From Bacterioplanes sanyensis (GTDB lineage: Bacteria; Pseudomonadota; Gammaproteobacteria; Pseudomonadales; Oceanobacteraceae), in NCBI RefSeq assembly GCF_002237535.1, contig NZ_CP022530.1, positions 4,117,516-4,181,515 of the forward strand: a stretch of DNA of 64,000 nucleotides, in the 5' to 3' direction. Both the position numbers and the translations under genes were made by a program. How positions within the stretch are numbered: position 1 is the stretch's first letter; every line of letters begins with the position of its first letter. The notes below the pieces were generated by a model, which saw only the letters and a program-made list of their open reading frames with translations, made no database searches and was not told the DNA's origin. Shown here piece after piece: positions 37,239-43,924 of this stretch.

Positions 37239-37250
37239 GCTAATGCCTAC

Positions 37251-38201
37251 TCAATCCGTGACCACCAGTACGTCCACCAGTACGGTCGGATCCACCGATG
37301 TCGATTCCAATAAATCCAATGCCGTCATCACGCCACGATAACCTTGCTGGTCCGCTTGCTGGTCAACGGTAACCTTGAGCCAGCCACTTTTTACCGCGCT
37401 GGCGGCATCGGGAATATTGTCGTAACCGCCGATTAGCCAGTCACTCAGCTCGTTTTCTTGTGCGTATAAAATCGCGCCCAGCGCCATCATGTCGTTGGCG
37501 GCAAAAACTAGGTTGATGTCCGGGTACTTGGCGTGCATTTGCTTGGTTAATGCGTAGGCTTGCTCCAGCTTCCAGTGCGCCGGCTCAGCCGCCACCAACT
37601 CAATATTGCCCGCCTGCTCAAAGGCAGCCAGCGCGCCATTGCGGCGCTGAATGGCATTTTTTGCACTGCGTGGCCCTTCAATGACCAGTGCCTTGGCCTC
37701 CCCGTCCACCAGCGAGGCTAGGTATTTGGCTGCCAAGAAGCCACCGCGTTCGTTGTCCACCGACACAAATGGAATCGGCGGCAAACCGGCTGCCGCTGCG
37801 GCCATCGGGTCCACCTGATTGTCGATGTTTACGACTTTTACCCCTTGCTGATGCGCGCGCAGCAGCACGGGAATGATTTCAACCGAGTTGGCCGGCGCGA
37901 TAACCAATGCATCGATACCGCTGGCCAGATGCTCGTCGATGATTTCAATTTGCTGCTCGACCAGGGTCTCGTTGGTACCGGAGCGCACAATCAACTGCGC
38001 GGCGCGGATTTCTGCGGCTTGGCGCGCGCCCTTTTCCATCGCTGCATAAAACGGATTTACCAGCGACTTCATCACTAGCAAGACTTTAGCTCGCTCATCC
38101 ACCGTCGGCGAGACAACCTCGGCCTCATCCTGTTGATCACACCCCAGCAAACCCAACGACAGCCACAATACTGCGCAGCAAGCAAAGCGAGCCATGATCA
38201 T
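37251..38201 (-). CDS. Periplasmic solute-binding protein (sugar-binding PBP type I) partnered with the sensor kinase
   Basis: Lipoprotein-like signal MIMARFACCAVLWLSLGLLGC. Peripla_BP-like fold (KVLLVMKSLVNPFYAAMEKGARQAA...GIDALVIAP...GVKVVNIDN). Sits 12 bp upstream of the kinase, an arrangement like TorT/TorS or LuxP/LuxQ. Confidence 0.75.
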   Translation of the reverse strand: MIMARFACCAVLWLSLGLLGCDQQDEAEVVSPTVDERAKVLLVMKSLVNPFYAAMEKGARQAAEIRAAQLIVRSGTNETLVEQQIEIIDEHLASGIDALVIAPANSVEIIPVLLRAHQQGVKVVNIDNQVDPMAAAAAGLPPIPFVSVDNERGGFLAAKYLASLVDGEAKALVIEGPRSAKNAIQRRNGALAAFEQAGNIELVAAEPAHWKLEQAYALTKQMHAKYPDINLVFAANDMMALGAILYAQENELSDWLIGGYDNIPDAASAVKSGWLKVTVDQQADQQGYRGVMTALDLLESTSVDPTVLVDVLVVTD

Positions 38202-38344
38202 TCCTTTTTAAACAGTGGGACTTCCTGAACTATAGCAGCGTCACTTTACTGCGCTTCGGTTAACCACAGCGGTATCCGTGCGCAGCCGCCACCAGTGACA
38301 AAACTCAGGTAAACTGACGGCAGAGCAACCGCACAAGAAGCCCC

Positions 38345-38860
38345 ATGACAACACCTTCGAATCAGACTCCTGCAAACCCGGCACCTTCAAATCCGGCACC
38401 ATCAGACCCGGCGCTTTCAGACCCAGCGCCAGGCAGCAATCCATTGGCATTGGATAATCAGCTTTGCTTTGCCCTGTACTCAACCTCACTGGCGATGACG
38501 CAGATGTACAAAGAGCTGCTGACACCGATCGGGCTGACCTATCCGCAGTACACCATCATGCTGATTCTATGGGAGCAAGACGGCGTGACGCTCAAGCACA
38601 TCGCTGAGCGCTTGGGGCAAAAGTCCGGCTCCCTCACCCCAGTGATCAAACGCCTGGAAACCGACGGTTTCATTCGCCGTCAACGCGGCAAAGACGATGA
38701 CCGCTCACTCAGTATTGAGCTGACACACGCCGGCCAAGTGTTGCGCGAACAAGGGCTGCAAGTGAATCAGTGCATATTAGAAGCGTGCGATCTGCCGCTA
38801 AAGAATCTGGTCGACTTACGTGACAACCTCAACGAGCTAAAACAACAGTTGCTGAAATAA
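38345..38860 (+). CDS. ohrR: MarR-family regulator, OhrR-like, with a Pro-rich N-terminal repeat extension
   Basis: LDNQLCFALYSTSLAMTQMYKELLTPIGLTYPQYTIMLIL carries the reactive Cys in the CFALY context. Upstream of ohr. The N-terminal PANPAPSNPAPSDPALSDPAPGS is encoded by 15-bp x4 tandem repeats at 38375..38434. Confidence 0.75.
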   Translation: MTTPSNQTPANPAPSNPAPSDPALSDPAPGSNPLALDNQLCFALYSTSLAMTQMYKELLTPIGLTYPQYTIMLILWEQDGVTLKHIAERLGQKSGSLTPVIKRLETDGFIRRQRGKDDDRSLSIELTHAGQVLREQGLQVNQCILEACDLPLKNLVDLRDNLNELKQQLLK

Positions 38861-38876
38861 CCCTTGCACCAAATTA

Positions 38877-38952
38877 GTTATCGCGATAACTTAACTTCAA
38901 TCAGCGCTGCATCGGCAGCATTTTTTTAAGCCAGATAGTTATCGCGATAACA
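38877..38952. promoter_or_regulatory. Two copies of the perfect 14-bp palindrome GTTATCGCGATAAC (candidate OhrR operators)
   Basis: Copy 1 is centred near 38885 and copy 2 near 38945, both within the ohrR-ohr intergenic region upstream of the ohr ATG at 38986. Confidence 0.5.
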
Positions 38953-38985
38953 ATTAGCGATAAGACGACGCATCGAGGTGACACA

Positions 38986-39411
38986 ATGAAAGCCCTTTTC
39001 CAAACTACCATGACTTCAACCGGCGGCCGTGACGGACGCTCCAGCGCCGCCGATGGCAGCTTAGAGCTGGCATTATCCACACCAAAAGAGCTGGGCGGCG
39101 CCGGTGGTGATGGCACCAATCCAGAGCAGCTGTTTGCCGCAGGCTACTCAGCCTGTTACATCGGTGCGTTAAAGTACGTGGCGGGCCAACAAAAGATTAA
39201 GCTGCCGGCCGATTTATCCGTCAGCGCCACCATTGGCATTGGCGAAAACACCCGTGGTAGCGGTTTTGCGATCAGTGCCGATCTGCAGGTATCTTTACCT
39301 GGCATGGAGCTTGCTGCAGCGCAACAGCTGAGCGACGATGCCCACCAAGTATGCCCTTATTCCAACGCCACGCGCGGCAATATTGATGTCACCACTGAGG
39401 TAACCGTTTAA
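38986..39411 (+). CDS. ohr: Organic hydroperoxide resistance protein Ohr (OsmC/Ohr family)
   Basis: [17 protein letters not shown]...[15 protein letters not shown]...[15 protein letters not shown], with the two conserved Cys. Confidence 0.85.
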   Translation: MKALFQTTMTSTGGRDGRSSAADGSLELALSTPKELGGAGGDGTNPEQLFAAGYSACYIGALKYVAGQQKIKLPADLSVSATIGIGENTRGSGFAISADLQVSLPGMELAAAQQLSDDAHQVCPYSNATRGNIDVTTEVTV

Positions 39412-39538
39412 TCGTTGCCTGCGCCCCATGGCCGATAGCCAAACGAGCAAATCGGTCACTGTTGGCGCTCACTGCCGCCATTGGCACACATCCTCTCTGT
39501 GGTTAGCATCCCAGCGAATCCACAGAGAGGATCAAGGT

Positions 39539-39979
39539 TTGAAACCCAGCAAGCAGCAACTGCAAGAGTTTTTCACACGCGACTTTCCACAAGCCAATTT
39601 CAGCATTGATGACGTTGGTGAACGCAGCGCCACGGTGCGCAAAAAAATCGCCTTTGAGCATTTACGCCCTGGTGGCACCGTGTCTGGCCCAGTGATGATG
39701 GAAGTGGCAGATACCGCTCTGTATGTGGCGATTTTGCACGAAATTGGTTTGGTTGCTTTGGCCGTCACCACCAATTTGAACATCAACTTTCTCAACAAAC
39801 CTGTGGCGGATAAAGATCTGGTGGCGCGTTGCCAGCTGATTAAAGTCGGCAAAACTCTGATCATTGGGGATGTATTCATTTATTCAGATGGTCAGGATGC
39901 ACCGGTAGCACACGCCGTTGGTACCTATTCCATCCCGCCGAAACGTAATGACCACTTAGGGTCTGTTAACACTATTTAG
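39539..39979 (+). CDS. PaaI-family hotdog-fold thioesterase
   Basis: GPVMMEVADTALYVAILHEIGLVALAVTTNLNINFLNKPV is a hotdog-fold motif. The long track ORF (39428) has no ATG. A TTG at 39539 with a GAGAGG RBS is proposed as the start. Confidence 0.6.
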   Translation: MKPSKQQLQEFFTRDFPQANFSIDDVGERSATVRKKIAFEHLRPGGTVSGPVMMEVADTALYVAILHEIGLVALAVTTNLNINFLNKPVADKDLVARCQLIKVGKTLIIGDVFIYSDGQDAPVAHAVGTYSIPPKRNDHLGSVNTI

Positions 39980-40327
39980 CCCTTTGCTGCTGGAAGTCAG
40001 TTTTTCTTGAGAAGGCATAAGGCGTGTGGTTTAGCTGGTTATATAAGCAACGAATAACGCGACTCCGGGAAAAAAGGACCCCAGCCCTTCGGGGTATGGC
40101 TGAATATCCAGACCATACCGCCCGTCCGAACGTCATCGGTTATGCGGCTTAGTTCTCTGCGTTGCCGTTTCCGCTCATCCACGAGCGTGAGAGGCTAATT
40201 CTTGCGGAGCCGCTGCTCCTAATACGCCCTAGACTGGGCGCCTGAATTGCCCTCGCCGCACAAGCGCGTTTGCGGGCAACACATGACGACCAATTTCCCT
40301 CACATCACTGACAAGGAGTTAGCTGTT

Positions 40328-41059
40328 ATGAGCGTTCGTTCTATTGTGGGACTGCTGCTGTTGTGGATGTCTGCCAGCGCCCTAACCGACCCAATACTCG
40401 ACTACACTGCGGCCACTTACAAAGCGGCTTGGTACCCCAACTTCTACCAACAGCAAGGTCCGATGACGTGCCCACAGACCTGCGAAGTTTGGACCCAGGG
40501 CGCTGGCATCGCTGAGCAGGAAAAGGCCAACGAACCCACTGGCCAGTTCGAAACCACCCACGTGTGCAAAATTTCCAGCAACGAAAAAGCCATTTATTAC
40601 GGTAAAGATGATCCAGATGCACGCTGGTTGTATGGCAATCAGTTTGACCAGCTGCAAGCTTGCTTTACCGCCACACCAGACGACATTTTAAAGTCGGATT
40701 TGTACATGTGCCTGTGTGTGTATCGCTGCCAACAGCCCGATCTGATTGTCAGCAAAATACACGACCCCACGTGGGATCACGCCAACAATCGCTCGGTGGT
40801 ACAAGTCACCATTAGCAACATAGGTACGCAAGCCGCGGCGGCCAGCCACCTGCGCCTGACCGATACTGGCAACGGCTCTTGGACGGTGGCAGCAACACCG
40901 GCATTAGCCGCCGGCGCCTCCGTCACACTGACGCTGTACTTCAACGGTTATTGGGTGTTTGATCCCAATGCAGAGCTGAAAGCCGAAGCAGACTACAAGG
41001 GCGAAGTCGACGAGTGCGATGAAAGCAACAATACCTTGGAGTATTTCAAAATGGGCTAA
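40328..41059 (+). CDS. Secreted protein with a C-terminal CARDB-like domain
   Basis: AAGGAG RBS. Signal peptide MSVRSIVGLLLLWMSASALT. C-terminal PDLIVSKIHDP...SVVQVTISNIGTQAAAAS...CDESNNTLEY matches the CARDB pattern. Confidence 0.6.
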   Translation: MSVRSIVGLLLLWMSASALTDPILDYTAATYKAAWYPNFYQQQGPMTCPQTCEVWTQGAGIAEQEKANEPTGQFETTHVCKISSNEKAIYYGKDDPDARWLYGNQFDQLQACFTATPDDILKSDLYMCLCVYRCQQPDLIVSKIHDPTWDHANNRSVVQVTISNIGTQAAAASHLRLTDTGNGSWTVAATPALAAGASVTLTLYFNGYWVFDPNAELKAEADYKGEVDECDESNNTLEYFKMG

Positions 41060-41151
41060 CAGCCAAGCTGCACAGTTAGCCTAGGAGGTCTGAACCCCCA
41101 CAACCAAGGCGACACAAGAACATAAAAAAACACAAGTATAAAAAATCATTT

Positions 41152-41175
41152 GCGCGTCAACATGGCGCGCTTTTT
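41152..41175. terminator. Bidirectional rho-independent terminator between the CARDB gene and merR
   Basis: GCGCG-tcaacatgg-CGCGC stem-loop, flanked by an A-run upstream and TTTTTAT downstream. Confidence 0.55.
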
Positions 41176-41191
41176 ATAAAAAATATTTTAA

Positions 41192-41548
41192 TCAGTTATC
41201 CGCCGCCTCAATTTCCCGCAAAAAATTCGCCAGTACTTGGCGGTTATTTTGAAGTTTTTGCAGAGTATCGTCGGTTTGGTGAATTTGCTGCTTGAGCAAC
41301 TTTCTCAGTTCGTCACAAGGTTCAAACACCGGCCCGTCACTACGAATACAGGGTAAAAACACCTGAATGGTGGACAGGGGCATCCCTGCGTCACTTAACA
41401 GCTTAATTCTTGTCACGGTTGCCACCTCGGAGTCGCGATAGTCACGATAACCTGCCACCGTGCGCTTGGGCTGTAACAAACCTTGCTCTTCGTAATAGCG
41501 CAACATACGAATGCTGACGGCGGTACGCTGCGATAACTCGCCAATTTT
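41192..41548 (-). CDS. MerR-family transcriptional regulator
   Basis: Start MKIGELSQRTAVSIRMLRYYEEQGLL (HTH_MerR). C-terminal Cys pair LPCIRSDGPVFEPCDE. Divergent from the aminotransferase-like gene. Confidence 0.75.
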   Translation of the reverse strand, partial: KIGELSQRTAVSIRMLRYYEEQGLLQPKRTVAGYRDYRDSEVATVTRIKLLSDAGMPLSTIQVFLPCIRSDGPVFEPCDELRKLLKQQIHQTDDTLQKLQNNRQVLANFLREIEAADN

Positions 41549-41664
41549 CATTTTGCTATTGATCCTCAACTGTGAGCTCTGAGCTATTGACTCTGACCCA
41601 TTGACTCTAACATTAGTGTCAGGGTTGATACTGGCGACATTATCAAACGCAACTAGGAAAACCC

Positions 41665-42519
41665 ATGTCGGCGACTAACGAACACTACCCAGTCATACTA
41701 AACGGCAAGCCGCTTGAACAAGGCGAGCTGGCCAATTTGGCCTTTGCAGGATTCGCTCATTTCACTGCCCTACAAGTACGCCAACGTGCCATCAAAGGGT
41801 GGGACTTACATTTAGCACGGTTACAACAAGCGTCGCGAGCCTTGTTTCAGCAAACTTTGAGCGACGAATATCTATCTGCAGCCCTATGCGCTGCGATTAA
41901 TTCCGGCCCAGCAGCGCAGTCGCTCACCGCCACGTTATTTGTCGACCAAGGTGAATTTAGTGGCCACAGTGCCAATGCCTTACCATCGCTGCTCATTCGT
42001 GCATCCGAACCACGCGATGGTCCACCAAGGCCTCTACGTTTAGCGGCGTTTGAGTATCAACGCCCGTTAGCCCATATAAAACACGTCGGTGAAATCGGCA
42101 AAACCTATTATCTTCATCAGGCAATACAGCGCGGCTTTGACGACGCTCTGTTTATTACACCAACGGGAGATGTCAGCGAAAGCAGCATCTGGAATCTGGC
42201 TTTTTGGGACGGCGACAGCGTGATCTGGCCAAAAGCCCCAATGCTAACAGGAACCATGATGGGCATCGTTACACGACAACTCAAACGCCTGGGAATATCG
42301 CAGCGCACTGAGGTAATACCTATAAACCAGCTCGGGTCTTATTGCGGCGCTGCCGTGATGAACTCTTGGACGGCCGGCATCGAAGTCGCCGCCATTGAAG
42401 AGACAAGGTTTGCACATTCGGATCAGCTGGTGGCGCTACTGCAGCAAGCTTACCAAGCAGAACCAAACAGCCGGTTAATCGAGTCCATTGGCCGCAGCAG
42501 CAATGCCGAGTTGGCATAA
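41665..42519 (+). CDS. Aminotransferase class IV (fold-type IV PLP enzyme) family protein
   Basis: HIKHVGEIGKTYYLHQAIQRGFDDALFITPTGDVSESSIWNLAF matches the fold-type IV pattern (K...NY...A...G.DEAL.L...G.V.E.S..N.F). Confidence 0.65.
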   Translation: MSATNEHYPVILNGKPLEQGELANLAFAGFAHFTALQVRQRAIKGWDLHLARLQQASRALFQQTLSDEYLSAALCAAINSGPAAQSLTATLFVDQGEFSGHSANALPSLLIRASEPRDGPPRPLRLAAFEYQRPLAHIKHVGEIGKTYYLHQAIQRGFDDALFITPTGDVSESSIWNLAFWDGDSVIWPKAPMLTGTMMGIVTRQLKRLGISQRTEVIPINQLGSYCGAAVMNSWTAGIEVAAIEETRFAHSDQLVALLQQAYQAEPNSRLIESIGRSSNAELA

Positions 42520-42604
42520 GCTCCTATACCGCTAAAAAGTAGCGATAGTCGTCACGATTGATCATGTTGCAATACAAGCGCATCCACTGCGCTTTTATTG
42601 CAGG

Positions 42605-43924
42605 TCAGGAGAAGAAATTTATATTCTCGGCGTCTAGCGGAAATTGCTGACTGACAGCGTGATTTTCAATACCCGCTAAACGGCGCATGGCCTGTTGAAT
42701 GTGTTTTGGCTGCAACACCACGCCAGACGAAGACAGTTGCAAACTCGTCGGGTCAATGGCCTGTGCTTCATGCGCGGCGGTGGTTTGCCCCACCACACGA
42801 TTCGCCCAACTGACGTTGCGTGCCATAATCAGCGCACTGGTAATGGGCCAATGATCTTTGCCATTGCCATCGTTGTATTCTGGCGTGCGGCCAAAGTCCG
42901 ACTGCACCAATACAATCAGACGATCAGCTATACCAAGGCGCTCAGCCTCGCTCCATAAATATTCAATACCATTTTGCAAGCGCTGCATGGCTTGCGTCTG
43001 CTCGTTGTCGTGATCAGCGTGCGTATCAAATCCCCAAGTGACCAAATCGGCGCTGACACACAAACCCGAGCGATAAGCCGCCAACGCAATTTGTGCTTGT
43101 CGGCGCAGTGGATTCCAATAGCCATCGTCGTCGGTATTACTGACGAGTGTGGCTGGAATGTAATCCGCCAGCGCCTGCAACTGCGATTGGCCGGCATGAG
43201 CGGTGGCAAATTGATTTAATGCTTGCTCAATTCGTGGCGCCATGTGCGGCTGATTTTGCAACCGGGCCAGCCGCTCGGCTTTGTAGCGGTTGAGAATGTC
43301 GCGCGTGGCTTTACGATGAAAAAACTTAGGCGCATCCCAATCATTGGGGTCGTAGTCTAAAAACTGTTCCTGATACACCAATTTATTCAGCGCACTGGGG
43401 TCTTGCATCAGGGTATAGGTCACCAAACCACCCGTCTGGTTGTAACCACCATTGGATAAATACGCCAACGGTAACTGCGGCCCCAAGGCACCGGCGGCCA
43501 TGGCCGCAAACGATGGATATCCTTCGGCTAACCGCCCGCTCCAACTGTGACGCCGTCCCGCTTGGTGTGCATTGGTTTGCGTATCAATACCATTAATTAC
43601 CAAAGTATCGGCGTAATGTTTATTAAAAAAGCGCTGATTGTGGGCAAAAGGCGCGTACTGAATGGGGCTGCCATTAATGCTTTGAACACCGCTGGTTTGC
43701 GCCCAGCGATTAATGGCTGGCGTGGCTTTGGGGTCGCAGAAACTGGTGACGTCCCACCCACCTTCGGCTTCAATGCTGACAAAAAATGGGCCAGTGTAGG
43801 GTTGCGCCTCACCCGCGGCATGACTGCGCAGTGACCAAGGCAGCGACGCACTGAGCCCTGCTGCCGCCATTGCTTGCAGAAATTGTCGACGTTTCAAACT
43901 TGCAGACGACATATCACACCTCAC
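42605..43924 (-). CDS. DUF1501-family protein with Tat signal (sulfatase-like fold)
   Basis: Twin-arginine signal LKRRQFLQAMAAAGLSA. The length and motifs (DTHADH, LVQSDFGRTP) are typical of DUF1501. 4-bp overlap with the upstream PSCyt gene. Confidence 0.7.
   Translation of the reverse strand: MRCDMSSASLKRRQFLQAMAAAGLSASLPWSLRSHAAGEAQPYTGPFFVSIEAEGGWDVTSFCDPKATPAINRWAQTSGVQSINGSPIQYAPFAHNQRFFNKHYADTLVINGIDTQTNAHQAGRRHSWSGRLAEGYPSFAAMAAGALGPQLPLAYLSNGGYNQTGGLVTYTLMQDPSALNKLVYQEQFLDYDPNDWDAPKFFHRKATRDILNRYKAERLARLQNQPHMAPRIEQALNQFATAHAGQSQLQALADYIPATLVSNTDDDGYWNPLRRQAQIALAAYRSGLCVSADLVTWGFDTHADHDNEQTQAMQRLQNGIEYLWSEAERLGIADRLIVLVQSDFGRTPEYNDGNGKDHWPITSALIMARNVSWANRVVGQTTAAHEAQAIDPTSLQLSSSGVVLQPKHIQQAMRRLAGIENHAVSQQFPLDAENINFFS

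Noticed and set aside
40000-40327. Specific call of a c-di-GMP (GEMM) or guanidine riboswitch in the CARDB gene leader
   Set aside because: I could not find the conserved GEMM elements (the GCAAA tetraloop-receptor and ACGCAAAGC blocks) or the ykkC ACGR/GGGA signatures. It is reported only as an unclassified structured leader.
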